DNA of 60,745 nucleotides, the filler included, from Sphacelaria rigidula (Eukaryota): the NCBI GenBank assembly GCA_964200075.2. It is 6 parts of 6 records of this genome, joined end to end, with 100 filler letters (N's around TTAATTAATTAA, not from the genome) between each part and the next. Parts side by side here need not be neighbours in the genome. Positions count along the whole stretch, not along the records: positions 10,144 to 20,185 come from CAXNAA020007266.1; positions 20,286 to 30,326 come from CAXNAA020007267.1; 4 more parts are not named here. One strand, written 5' to 3'. The notes under the pieces were generated by a model. The model searched no databases. It was not told the origin of the DNA and saw nothing but the letters and a program-made list of their open reading frames with translations. A program made the position numbers and the translations under genes. Of the stretch, positions 10,924 through 23,783 are shown piece by piece (positions within the stretch are counted from its first letter, which is position 1; every line of letters begins with the position of its first letter).

Positions 10924-13900
10924 ATGCGCGGAAACAAGGTGCTACCAGCAGGGAATACCTTGGTGTCTATATCGCTGTCTCTCGTTGCGTTCAGGTTGCT
11001 CCTTAAAGCGGCTCAACCGAGACTGCTCGACAAACCGGCAAGCGTCGCCGCATTTGCGGGGTCAGGTTTGACCGAAACATTGCGCATTCCCCGAAGACAA
11101 GGATTTGGTGTACTTCCGCGGACGTATGCTCACCCAATCGAGGCGCCAATCATCAGGACCAGACCTCCACGTGTGTTGGACATGCCACCCGACAAGGCTA
11201 AGACGAAGATATCAGGTGGGTTCAATCAATGATGTTCCGCAACCCCGTTCCTGCCTGTTCTGCCACAACGACATTGCAGAGAGGGAGAGGCTGCGGTTTC
11301 GCGGACTCATCACACGAGCAGTGTGCTTCCGTACAAACAGGCAGCCATGCCCTGCTTTTTGTAGAGCAGCGTACACAGCGATTCTCAAGCCTTGATATGT
11401 CATCATTTTGAAACTTTTTACACTACTGCATGGCATGTGCAACTTTCAACTTCCATCAACCTTTCAAGATCTTGAAAAAATGTTCCGAGAAAGGCGGAAC
11501 GCTCCAGTCAAAAATTTGTACGCTCATGGCTAGCTGTGTCGTGCTTCCAAGCATAATATCTACACACCCTACCACACTGTAATAGTGTGAATGTATCCTT
11601 ACACCATATACCCCGTCATGCACAGATGATACTTTGTCCTCGGTTGCTTGCATTGTGTGTATCCGCAGCCTGGTTGTGGGACGCCTGCCAGGTGGAGGCC
11701 ATGCAAAGCCTACATCATCCGTGGACCCTTGGTCTAGCCAACGGCAGCACCAGCGGCAGCAGCTTCAAGGGTTACGTTGCTCAGGATGCTTATTTTTTAA
11801 AGGCTTTTGCGAAGGTACCGATGGCGGGTGGAGATCGGCAATTGTAGTGTTCAGACGCTGTCGTGTCTGCATACTGTTCTGTACCATGAATCCTCCTCCA
11901 GTTCGCTGCCTCGTTCTGTCAACATCTTGCACACACCGACAGGCTTACGCTCATGCCCTGACCAAGGTTTCAGACGAGGAAGGTATTCGGGCATTTCACT
12001 CTCTAATCGGATCTGTTCTCGACGAGCTGACCCTCCACGCGTCCTACGCAACCAAATGGGGCATTGACATCCACAACGTGAGTGAAGACGGCATGAGGGG
12101 GTATGCAGGTGCAAGGCCAAGGTGGCATGCAACTGTTATGGAGGTGAATGTGGGCGATAATGACCGAAAACTGTGGGCAAAAATAATTTTAAAAACGCAG
12201 AGGAATAATGAGGCGGCAGGCTCATGGGTACAGATTTATTTCCATAGTACAAACACTAATTTCAGGTAATTTCATGTCAATTTTTCACCGGTCCCTTTAC
12301 GTTTCACAGTACATTTCATAGTATGAACTTGATTTTAGTATGCACTCCGTCGTACATGGTTTTGGTGGTCTTCTGGTGCCCGCAGCTGCAGTACAGTGCC
12401 GTGCGGACGCAGGATAATATCCAAGACAACGATGGTCTGACTAGCGGCGCTCTGTCGATTGGTATACGGATTAGTGTACCCAACGTTCACTGTGATTGTC
12501 CCCGTGCCTCCAGTATGGTTGCGGCGGCCAGGGTTGGTGATGCAGTCTCCATTTGCACTTAGCTTGCTGCTGAATCCTGCACGGCCTTGGATTCGGAGCA
12601 TGACTCAAGATAGCTCCATCGTCGTCGTTGTGTGTTGTTTCATACTGCTCGGACGGAACATAACCCGAGAAAAGGACTGTGGCCGCATCAGCGCTGCTGG
12701 CTCCCTTTTCTAGACTGCCGTGCTGTTGTTCAGGATCGCTCGTGTTCATCAGTGCGGTACAAACATGGAATTCACGGTGCCACGTGCCTGACCAGCGCTG
12801 GCGAATCTTCGTGCGATACAGATACAGTCGTTATCGCGACAGAAAGTTGTTGAGGCACAATGCCGGAAACAACCAAGTACTCTACACACGGAACGTCAGA
12901 CTGCTAACGTAATAATGTAATCGTTTCGCGTATGTGATCCCGTGTGCTAGAACGCTGCTTCCTTTCGGAGGTGTACAGTGCGCTTCTCTTACTCCATGAC
13001 TTGGTGCTTATAAAAATGTTAACGATGCTGACTGCACATTTTTTTTTCAGCTCTCTTCCTGCTACTGTCCTGGGCTGTAACAAGATAACGGAGGTGAATA
13101 TGGCCCAGACTGGACCCGGACAACCAATTACCAAACAGTGCACTCTTGTTTACCTCTTTGCGGCAGATAGGGTTTGAGTAGCGCCCGTGTATTCAGCGAA
13201 AATCCGAGAAGAATCATAGAAAACAACGAAAAAGTCGCTGATCTCAAGTTCAAGTATTTCATGACGACCCGCACCCATGAAAGCGGTGCCGAATATTGAA
13301 GACATCATGGACTGGCCGGACCTGTGCCGAACCTCTGCAAAACCTGTACCGAAGAGAACACACGCTCCATCCCAAGTTACCTAGGTTTGTATGCGACAGC
13401 TGTAATATTTTTCATCGCGTCGTTCTCGAAACAGGAAGCAAACCGACTTGTGGCACTTCACAGCCCCGCACACACACTACACCTAGTCACTCGGCTGATT
13501 TGCTCAATTCGCCACAGCGGACCCGAAAAGCCCAAGACGTTCAAGGAAACGCGTTTTGCAGTACATTTTGTGTTTGGTGCAGCGGTTTGCAGAGTGCTGC
13601 GGCCTCTGCGGCACGCGTTACGGAAATCTGCCCCGCGAGTGACTAGGTCTAGTGTGTGGGAAGCGCACGCATCAAACCGCAGTCCGATCCTCTGCTTGGT
13701 TGCCGAGAAAACCGCGTTAAAAAATAGGCACAACAATATACTGCAACAAGAGGCGCACAACAACACGAGCAGCTGCTTCTATCCTCCTGTTGTTCTGACC
13801 CTGTGTACAGGTGTACAGCAACGTCCGTCACAGGTTTGCCGTAGAATGTACTATGATAATCATACATTTCATATGAGCGAGGTCGTTATTTGGAGGTGAC

Positions 13901-16900
13901 GCGTGTATTTGTGATCCATATGATTGGCTCCATTACGAGCCATTTTTTCTGCAGAAAGGAATCGGTCCCCGTTCACCCCCGTAACTGTGGCATGCTAAGG
14001 TGCCATGTCACGGTTACCGCGATGATAATTTACCAAGTTCAAGCCTCTACTTTGCTTCCGTCTATACTAAGTACGGCATCGCGCACGTGTACATTGCTCG
14101 TTGGAATTGTGGAAGCAGGGGTAGCCCCAAGCCCCAACACTAAGGAGCCATCACCGCTGTCACATTCATCATGGGAAGAAAACTGCGTCGAATTCGCGGG
14201 GTAGCCGTTCCAGGTACGGTTGCTTCGGGGCGAAGAATGTATTGTTCACTCGCCTCTTGTGATGCTATTGATGTATGTTCCGTGCTTATGCAACGACTGA
14301 TTGTGCAGGTCCCTCCTCCCGTAAAGGCAACGTCCGAGTACGTCAATTTTCTGCTGGCGGTGGCGTCAGACCCGGCTTCATCTGTTGCTCAAGTGCTAGC
14401 CAGCATGGCGCCGTGCATGCGCTTGTACGCCTTCCTTGGCAAGGTAATACAGAACAACTGTGGATACACCCAGTAAACAGCAAGAACAAAATACATCTCC
14501 TAGCTTGGCATATCTTCCTTCGACAGGGGCGATCCATATGCTGCACCATCTGCAATACAAAAAAGAATATGTATCGATACCGGTGTCTCGTATCTTGCAG
14601 GAGTTACGGCAAACGTTCCCGAGTTGGCAAGAAAGTGCCTACGCTGAGTGGATCGAAACCTACAGCTCTCAAGATTTCGAGGTAGGTTTTTGCTCCATGT
14701 TGCGTTGCATGGCAGCTCGCGGTCATATTTTCCGCCGTTCACGGACGATCCAACCGGTGGGTGCACGTGAGATGTCGTCCCGCGCACTTTTTACCTCACT
14801 CATGATATGATGTGTGCAACAACAGGAGGCCGCTGCTTTGGTGGAATCGCTGCTGGATCGGTATTCTGAGGACGGCGAGTACTCTACTCTTCTACTCCTA
14901 TACCGCAAGGTAGGTGTTAGTTGGTAGTGGTGTAAGGTGGATCAGCAAGCACACTGCTTGAACCGAAGAAACATCAACACCAATAACCCCTCCTAGTAGC
15001 AACTCAGGTGCGCCACCGTGTCCACTGTATGATAAATAGCCCACGGCGTTATGAGTCGATGCGATCGCTTTGGTGTTGTGCTCATCTTTTCAAGACTATG
15101 TCATGTTGCAAACGACCAAGCAACGCTCTATTTGTACGGGCTACTTTGTTGAAATGGACATTGAGTGCACTCACTCATCATGAACATGTTTCCCCTCTCT
15201 CAGCGTGCCTTCGGTGGCTACCTGCGGGTCCCCGAACGATGACCTTCACACTTGCCCCATGTGTCGTTTTACTACAGCAGTATAGAGTCACATCAAAATC
15301 GGTTGGCGTTTGAGTTGTACAGCGTTGCCTGCCGACTTCCCGCATTTTTTTCGGCCGGTCGTTCTCTTATATACACGGGTACACTCGGAATGGCAGGCAA
15401 TGGGCTTGGAGTATGCTTTTTTCGCTGCGCAGAGCGTGGGAGGTACAGCCGAGGGTCATCAACCCCTCGTGGCAGTTGGCGGTAAGACTGATCAAGAAGA
15501 AGGTGTCGCGGATAGCGCAAGGTTGGCGGGAGTGCATGAAAGGGTCGCGTTGCTTTGCGTGGACTTCGACGACACATTGACAGACGGCGACACCACAAGC
15601 CTCCTCGTGAAGGCAGCAACAGAACAGGTGGATGGCACTTGAGGGGTCGTTACTGAGGACGTCTATTCGCAAAAGTCAGCACTGACCCTACTGTGGGGGG
15701 CTCTTTTCATAAGGCTGATACATTGATGACCTTCCTCTGTTTATGCTGGCTTGCTAGATCCGGATTGACTTCTTGTCATTCTGATTAATGAAGAGACAAC
15801 ATTTCATGCCTTTGCTATACGTGTCGGTTTGCGGACGTACTCTGCCCAGCGGGACACAGCTGTTGGGAGAGATGAGAGTGCTCGCGATTGGGAAAATCTC
15901 ACCACTGATTTTCTCAACCGTTCCAGCGAGGTGATAGAGGAGGAGCTTGACGCCAAGGTGACTACGGAATCCTGTGCAACTGTGCGTAATGACACATTTA
16001 GCAGTAAACTCGTTTGGACATGTTTTTCGATTTACCCATGCCGCGAAAAAATATCGTTCGTAGCTCGATACATATGGAAGGAAGTATGGGAGATGACTGC
16101 CAAAGCGTGATTTGCACATAATCCGTTTTCGTCTGCAAGACGCCCACTTGAGCCTCCGCTGCTGCATGCAGCTCGATGCAAACGCGCGGTGACTGTTGCA
16201 TTATTTTGTCACCACAATAATGTTAACGCATCAGGCATTGGCCTGGGTGTGCATTTGTTGCCGCAGCTCAAAGACGCTGGAAGTGGTGGCGATCGATGCG
16301 GACTGGTCGACCGCGAAGGATTGGAGAATCTCCTCCGCCGGCTGGAGAGGGTTGATCTTGATTCGGTTGAAAAGGTCTGCAAGGCTCAGGTGAGTCGCAT
16401 GCGGTAAGGATGAACTTTTCTCTTATGCACCATGACGAGCGGTTTTATCGGGTCGGACCCCACACTGCCCTGAGCAAAGATTGCGGACGCTCGAGGCGCC
16501 TACCCCACATGACACATGACTGCCGCGAGGTGGTCTACCTGAGCCTACGGGTAATCGGCACACACGAAACCGTTTGCGGGGGAAGTGCTGGGTCAGCCTT
16601 TATTCTTCCTTTGAGGAAAAAAAATGAACGATACGGCGCTCTACAGTGCATATCGATGAAATGTTGTCCATGGCATCGATCTGGTGCCGAACTTCGTTCG
16701 TTTGGTTCAGTTACGCCCGGCGTTCAATAACTCCGAGAGATGAGGACACTTTCTATGACGGTGAAGAAGGTATCGCAGCTTCGAGCCGGAGATATATATT
16801 CGAGATATTCATTCGGAATATCCTCTCGTGTTGTGGTTCCGATTTGAACTGTTTGAACTGCGGTAGGTATTGCGTGGCGTGACGCGCCAGTCCGTACAAT

Positions 16901-18068
16901 CCTCGGTAAGTGGGCCGCTGAGGTCTTCTTGGAAAGTGCGGCCAGGCATGGGTCGCTGTATGTCGCGTGCCCTCGGTTCGCCGTTCGTGACTCACGTGGT
17001 CTCCGTCAACTGGAGTCGAGACGTCATTGGAAGCATTCTTTCTGAAGCCCTTCCTGCGAATCAAGGGTGAGTAGGCAGACGAGGCAGATGTTTTATACGT
17101 GAATCTGTGGCGGCTGATCGCTCGTGTAGACCAACCAAAATCTCGTTGACTGATCGTCAAGAGCTTGTGCGCGTTGGGTGGAGCTTGTGTGCGTTGGGTG
17201 TATTTCAATGCGGATCTGAATCTTCCGCTGCCGGAACCGCGCCTGAATTCGTCTTCACCGTGTTGGTGCGTATTCTTGTGCCATTTTTTGTCAACGCACG
17301 CTCACGCGGACAGGGTGGGCGTACTAGGTGACGACATCGCGGTGCCTACTTCCAGCTCAGGTATGCCAATCTTGCTCTCCGTCCATGCACGCAATCCGAC
17401 CAGCTGCATCTGAACATTCCCGATCTTTGCTCTCATGAGACGCAATGGAAGGCCAAAGTTGTACAGCAACCCGAGTACTTAGGGAAAGTTGAGACGGCCG
17501 ATACTGCAGACCCTGGTGTGTGTTGGCTGCAAGATATCGTCGTATTTTTCGTTCACTATTGTACACGGTGGACCATCGCTCAGTGACGTTGTTTTCTCGG
17601 GTTGTTTTGCCTTCAGATGAAATCCTTGGCTCCCGGGTCCGACAATTCCAACCCATTCCAGTTTCATCTAATGATCTGGTGTACGATCGTCACGGGGTAT
17701 CTACCGGCGAGATAGACGTACGCATTCCCGGGTCATCCGGCAAGCACCGGCGCTTCCGCGATCTGGCAGCCATGGCTCAAGAAACTACCGCCAATTCGGA
17801 GCGAACATTGACGGTATTCGTGGGTGATAGCGTGACGGATTTGCTAGCCATGCTCGACGCGGACGTGGGTATTGTGGTGGGAAATAGCGGTACTTTCGCA
17901 CGAGTAGCAAGCGCGTTTGGAATCCCCGTTCGCCCTTTAGCTGCTGCGTACAATGCGCTCGGAGACAAGGAAGCTTTGGACGGGAAGAGATTAGCTGACC
18001 AAGACCCCTGCGTTTACCGCGTGTCAAATTGGGCCGAAATTGATGTGTTCCTTTTTGGTGATGTGTGA
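10924..18068 (+). CDS. TH2: Bifunctional TenA (thiaminase II)-HAD phosphatase fusion, TH2-like thiamine monophosphate phosphatase, about 677 aa, 12 exons
   Basis: Phase-consistent GT-AG exons: 10924-11215, 11669-11814, 11943-12077, 14309-14443, 14601-14681, 14826-14909, 15397-15627, 15850-15957 (alternative donor 15981), 16267-16389, 16867-17066, 17314-17360, 17617-18068. TenA motifs YVAQDAYFLKAFAKAY, MAPCMRLY (catalytic Cys), YAEWIETYSS and AMGLEYAFF. HAD motifs DFDDT, VSVNWS and FVGDSVTDLLAMLDADVGIVVG. Confidence 0.92.
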
Positions 18069-18983
18069 AAGATTGATGTCTGCTGCGGTACCATCGCATT
18101 GGTGTACCTTTTGTGTCAAGGACGCGTGATTCTTCATTGCTACAAAATGCCGAGCTGTATCGGAACAGAAAAAGTGAGACGGAGCTCTGCTGGAAACTGC
18201 TGAGATGTGAACAGTATTTAAGGGTTTAGCCCTACCGCAGCGGCATCTAGAAGATGGATGCTCTTGCTCTTGGTGGGCTGTCTCGGGAAGCGAAGGGTTC
18301 AACCAAGGAACTCGTCATATCCGCCTTGGCGAGAACTTGTGCTTCTTGTCAGCAAGACAAAATGATTTAACCACGTGATTTCTGGGTGGCGTCATCGTCA
18401 ACAGGGTGAAACCGGCCCACCGTGCCATCACATGGCGGAGAACCAGCGTCGGGTTCAACCCTTGTCCCCCGAGCATGCGAATATTCGCGGGTGAAGGGTA
18501 GCCGACGCAGTCCAAGTACTACGGCGATAAGTGCACGCGTTTTTTCACCATAATCGTCGAGGTTATCGCGGCTGGTTGAAACGCACAACAACAAGGACCG
18601 ATTGAAATATGCGTGGCTAAAAAACCCTTCACTACTTCAACATCCAGGTAGCGTAACTGATACGACATTGGGCAGCTATCGTCTTTATATAGAGAATCTG
18701 GTGTCCGTAGTTGAAAACAGGTGGGTGTGAAAAGCAAGAGCGACCATATATGGGAGACGACGCGGCGCGGGAATGCTGATCCAATCCGTGCCAACATCAA
18801 GGTACCAGGCATGTCGCGGGGGAGTGATTGACCCCTGGGATTATATTTTTGTCTCGAGGAGAGGGTGATGGGGGTGGTGGGGGGATTGAAAGAATGGAGG
18901 TAAAATTCATGTATTCCAGGCTAGAGACGCAGCAACTCCGTCATCCACGTTTATTTCAATTTTCGGGCTCTCTTCTTGTCACT

Positions 18984-19840
18984 TCACGCATCAAGACATT
19001 GATCCTCCGTTGATGAATTGATTCCCCATGATTCTGCTTCATGAGAAACGCGTAAGCACGCCTCTGGATCTACACCGCGCCGCCGCTGAAGCACGACCTC
19101 AAGCCGTTTCATTACAGCCTCTGCCGTAGCGCCCTGCATCTCCAGCAAGTCGGCGGCCGTTCGCATGAACGTGTGGGTTGCAACAGAGAACCTGTACACC
19201 TGGCCGGGATCGACAGATCGTTTTCGTACACGGGAGACGAGTGGGGGGAAGGTCGGACGTTAGTCGCGTCCATCAGTCGTCAGTGATGGTGCCTCTCCTC
19301 GCGAGGGTACTGCTTTTGGTATATTCCAGTAAGATCACATTGGAGTGGTGTTGACGTGTAGGGAAGTTGAGCTATTGATGGACGCAATAAAAAGCATGCA
19401 CAGTATTTTCGAACTCCAGGTCCTCGAGAATGGTGGTGAGCAATCACTTAATTTAAATCATTTGAAAAAAACGAGACCGATAGAAACAAGAGAAAATACT
19501 GCACCTCATTGAGCTTGTGAACGCAGCTTGCGATGGATTTCACGCCGAATAGCAGTTGGAAGTGACGTACCACGCGATTCACCGGCAGCTCTGGATCGTC
19601 CTGAGATAAGCAAGTAACGTAGGCTGGTCAGTCCGGCGCGTGAATAGTGGGGCACGTAGCAAACCCTTGGCAAGTAGCCAAACGGTATACATTTTCAATG
19701 CCGATGAAGCTCACGTGCAGAGAGGAGTCCGCCTGCTGGTTGAGTTGCACCTCCTCTAGAGCCCTTCGCTCCAGCTCCACCAAGTGCTGGACGGCGGAGA
19801 TAACAGCTCTGTCATTAGTAGCGTACGAGCCCCGTGCTCC
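18984..19840 (-). CDS. Last two exons of an unidentified gene convergent with TH2 (5' part outside contig)
   Basis: Exon 19840-19715 (catatcag|GGA...CAC|gtgagc; 42 codons, GARGSYATNDRAVISAVQHLVELERRALEEVQ...) joins in phase 0 to exon 19199-18984 (cggccag|VYRFSVATHTFMRTAADLLEMQG...CLDA*). No family recognised. Confidence 0.6.
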
Positions 19841-20061
19841 CTGATATGACAGTGCGGTGGGACACAAGCAGACAAGAACCACAAGCAATGATCGGTCACG
19901 GTCCTGTGTTTCGTGAAACTATCCCGTCGAGCTCCCCATCCATCGGGCTCATTGAAAGCTTGATCATGGTAGAGTGTCGAGGATTTCGCTCTCGCCGCTC
20001 CCTGGCACAATATAAGCACATACGACGCTCACATGGCAAACTATTCCACACGCCGGACAGA

Positions 20062-20185
20062 TGAGCTCCCTATAGCTCGAGCTAGCTATTTTTTAGCGTA
20101 GCTCCCTAGTGAGCTATGAGGGCTGTATGAGCTACGCATGTTTACCGTACGTGAGCTACCAACCCGTAGCTCATCAGCTCAGATT
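20062..20185. repeat. AGCT-rich degenerate repeat at contig end
   Basis: About eight GAGCT/TAGCT/CAGCT words in 125 bp, truncated by the linker. Confidence 0.55.
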
Positions 20186-20285
20186 NNNNNNNNNNNNNNN
20201 NNNNNNNNNNNNNNNNNNNNNNNNNNNNNTTAATTAATTAANNNNNNNNNNNNNNNNNNNNNNNNNNNNNNNNNNNNNNNNNNNN
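20186..20285. other. Artificial contig linker
   Basis: N44-TTAATTAATTAA-N44. Confidence 0.98.
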
Positions 20286-22754
20286 TTATTATCTGGTATC
20301 GCCACTTCCAGAGACAGCCATGGCTTTTACACTGCCTCATGGGTGTCTAACGGGAGCAACTGGGGGGGGAACAGTATGCCCCCGCGCTACAAAAATAATT
20401 TTCAGCTAGAATGGGGGATCTTTGTCATTTTTTCGTAGCCGGCGATTTTCAGTAGTGCGTTCGCTACCCAGCTCCAGGTTCTGATCCTCGGGTATTTTTG
20501 CTCGAATGGAGCAGTCCCGATCGTTTTCGTGGATGTACGCAAAGGAAGGCTTTCTTGAACATCTGCCCATTTATTGCGCTAGAGTCGGAAACTATGTTTT
20601 TGGACCAGTGACGGTCGATAACACCCCTTGATAAATGAGGTACTTACTCGGGATGACCCCGACAACACCAAATGAGGATTGTTTTCTGAGCACAACAACC
20701 CGCTTATTTCCCCAATATCTATCAATGCCATGGATGGACCAAATGGCACCAAACCCTTCGACAGCATCACCTCTTCCTGCCTCTAGTTGCAAAATCAAGT
20801 CCTCGAACTGCCACTTGGGTGGGCCATCTGGCTCTTGCATTCATTTTTGCAACGGTCGGACGAATCAATGATTCATCCGGAAACTACTTGATTCTAATGT
20901 GATTTATTCGTACCGTATAGATTGCCCTGTGTCCAGGGCGCTTCCAATTTCGACTCATTTCGGTGTTTGTGACGTTGCCGTCTCGGATTTCGGCGGTGAA
21001 ACCTGAGTGGTCTCGGCTGGGTCATTTTACTCTAAAACGAAGGTCTGCCCGTAACTTATTTTGTAATTTCCACGTGGTATCTATCTCCGTACGGTGGGTA
21101 GTGGGGGGACTGGTGGACTCGTTTCAGTATCAAAACGCTCAGGTATTATAATGTAAAGGTTTTGTCTTGTGTCTCGTTCGAATCACGTGTTTTATGCTAA
21201 TAATAAAAAGTGCCTCTACTGCAGTATGTATGGGTGCGTCTTTGCATTCCTTGACAAAATCTACGCTTCCCGCGCCTCGCACACGGTTCATGATAACCGG
21301 AGCATATCGGTGGCGTTTATATCGTGCATATCCCTTTTTGAACTGGTATGGTATACTATTCGGTACAATACGCCGCATGCGGGAGTACTACAGTAGATCG
21401 AAAAAAAATGGTTCACGACAGATCCAAGTGCAACAAGGATGGATTCGCTGGCATCTCTTCCGCGTGTTTTCGAATGAAGCATGATGAAACATGAGGAGAA
21501 ATACCATGACGGGCTGCCACAGGGGAGTACAGCGCTTTGGTACACAAGCGCGCTGGCACCATGTCGGCAACACGGAAAACAGCGATGGCTCGCGCTAGCG
21601 CGCGTGCTGCTTAAAAATAACGCGCTCCGCGCGTGTAATTCAATCCAATACATTTTATTGAATTCGATGCAGAAGTTATACCCTATGGATGCTGAGCCGG
21701 CACTGCATACGCACCGCAGCGTGACGCGTTCGTCGGTACTACCTGCTCACTGCACAGCGGTGGGGTGCAGGGTGACAAAAGCACACCGCAGGACATGAAA
21801 TCCTTAGTCTATCCCTGTCCTGCATTGATGTCGCGTTGTCCTATGCAGTTCGCCACATCATGAACGCAGCCGGCTGTATCGCGGCCGACGTGTACGTAGG
21901 ATATCAGTCCTCGCTACGCGCTATTTTGCTACGTCACATTTTGTAAAGCTGTCCATGTTGTAGCTACAGCGTGCGTTTGCCCAAGGTGGCGCACGCAGGA
22001 GTCAAAGGCCACCTCCGCCGCTGTAATGGCTGCCTGTATCTTGGGCGAAGCTGTATGGTAACACAGCCGCGGCCGGTGCGCCCGCATATACCAAAAGGTG
22101 GAGACCGGCGTCCAGCATAGATAGGACGACAACAAACTGACTTTGCGCAATACACTTTCAACAACGTGTTCTTACTGACTGCAAAAATCTTCTGTCCACG
22201 GCTGGGCACATTTACATTTACATATATAATGCAGGGTCTGGTACATGTCGACTTATAATGTAACGGAGGATCTGGCATGTCTCCACCTGTACATATATGT
22301 GATGTCGAGAAAAAACCCGCAACATCTGGGCGAACTGCAGGTGAAACAATTGCCGAAATATTCACCTGCAAACTCTGCTCCAGTGCACTGTACATTGACA
22401 TCGCTAGAAGGGCACTACCATAACTCCCTTGACGGCTGCCAGACTGTCATAGACTCTCAGGACGTAGGATCCGCTAGCACTGCTACTGTCTGTACGGGGG
22501 TGTTGTCCCCGTGTCAGGTACGTTTTGGAGCATGATACTAGATGAAAATCATCCTTCATTGTACATGAGCACCAAACGCTGGGGGTTCTCACTCAAGACT
22601 TCGATTTCGAGGATGATACTAGGTAGGCAACGGCAACCGCTGAGTTTCCAGGTGCCGCTTGGAGCAGGATGCATTTGGTGTCTGTTTGACGAAGTTATCC
22701 CCAAAGAACCGAAGTCGATAGGGGTTTTAGAGTGGAAAAATCTAGCGAAAAGAC

Positions 22755-23120
22755 TATCGCTAGCTGTGAGAAAACCAGATAAATTCTCCGATTCTCTGGA
22801 CATGGACTCTTGGTGTATCACCACCTTTCTGCTCACATCGAGACACTTCCCCCCCTCCCCCCCCAATTTTTCCGAACTGGTTTTCTGAAAGCTCGGGGGG
22901 AGATGCCGAAGTGTCCCGAGTTGAACAGGAAGGTGGTACAGCAAAATCAATGTCCAGAGAATCGGAGATTTTATCTGTTTTCTCACAGCAAGCGACAAAA
23001 AAAATCTGGAAAATTCGGGGGGGATGCGGGAGTGTTCAGAGTTGAACAGAAAGGTGATATACCAAAAGTCAACGTCCAGAGAATCGGAAAATTGATCTGA
23101 TTTCCTCACGGCTAGCCGAA
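22755..23120. repeat. Unit of about 120 bp present three times: one forward, then two inverted (hairpin centred near 22880)
   Basis: gctagctgtgagaaaaccagataaattctccgattctctggacat (about 22760) is mirrored by atgtccagagaatcggagattttatctgttttctcacagcaagc (about 22950) and acgtccagagaatcggaaaattgatctgatttcctcacggctagc (about 23072). Confidence 0.8.
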
Positions 23121-23318
23121 AAGCATGGCCCAAAGGACTGGGGTAAAAAAATCAACAATCCACCAGAGACAGTCGCTCGTACAGGGGCTGAAATCCTCAT
23201 CATTGTACAAATACAGAATGGTTTCCATAAAACCGGTCTAAAACACCGCCTTTGCATCGGGTTAACCCTTTTGGGACCGAGCCTCCAGAGCGACCAATGA
23301 GGCTGGCTAGGAACGATG

Positions 23319-23783
23319 CAAGGGCAAGTCGTGTAGAGTATACTCAATACTCGTATTTTCGACGATTCATACTTGCAGTTCTCAAATTTTGAGTAGAGTA
23401 TTTGAGGCCGTACTCGACCTACTCGAAATTTTGAGTAGGGTATTGGAGGTGGTTCTCGATCTACTCAAAATTCAAGTAGAGTATTTGAGGCCGTACTCGA
23501 TCTACTCAAAATTTTGAGTAGAGTATTTGAGGTCATACCCAAGTGATACTCTATACTCAGGTATTATTGCTGAGAGCGCTCACTCAATAGTTGAGTAGAA
23601 TATGGAGGTGGTACTCAATCTACTCACAATTTGAGTAGAGTATTTGCGGTCGTACTCGACCTACTCAAAATTTGAGTCGAGTATTTGAGGCCGTACTCGA
23701 CCGACTCAAAATTTGAGTAGAAAAAATACTCGGGTATATTACTCGAGTACTCAAAAGTACACACTCTACTCGACCTGCCCTTG
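23319..23783. mobile_element. hAT-type MITE (465 bp) built from palindromic units of about 41 bp
   Basis: TIRs CAAGGGCAAGTCGTGTAGAGT and ACTCTACTCGACCTGCCCTTG. 8-bp TSD gaacgatg (23311-18) / gaatgatg (23784-91). The paralogous empty site gaatgacg is single at 25348-55. Confidence 0.85.

Noticed and set aside
10924..18900. TPP riboswitch in TH2 introns or UTR
   Set aside because: Expected by analogy with other algal thiamine genes, but I found no CUGAGA followed by ACCUGAU...UAAU...CG.AGG core. An Infernal RF00059 scan would be decisive.
23390..23725. CRISPR-like array of palindromic repeats
   Set aside because: Units abut with no unique spacers, there are no cas genes, the context is eukaryotic, and the array is enclosed by TIRs and an 8-bp TSD.
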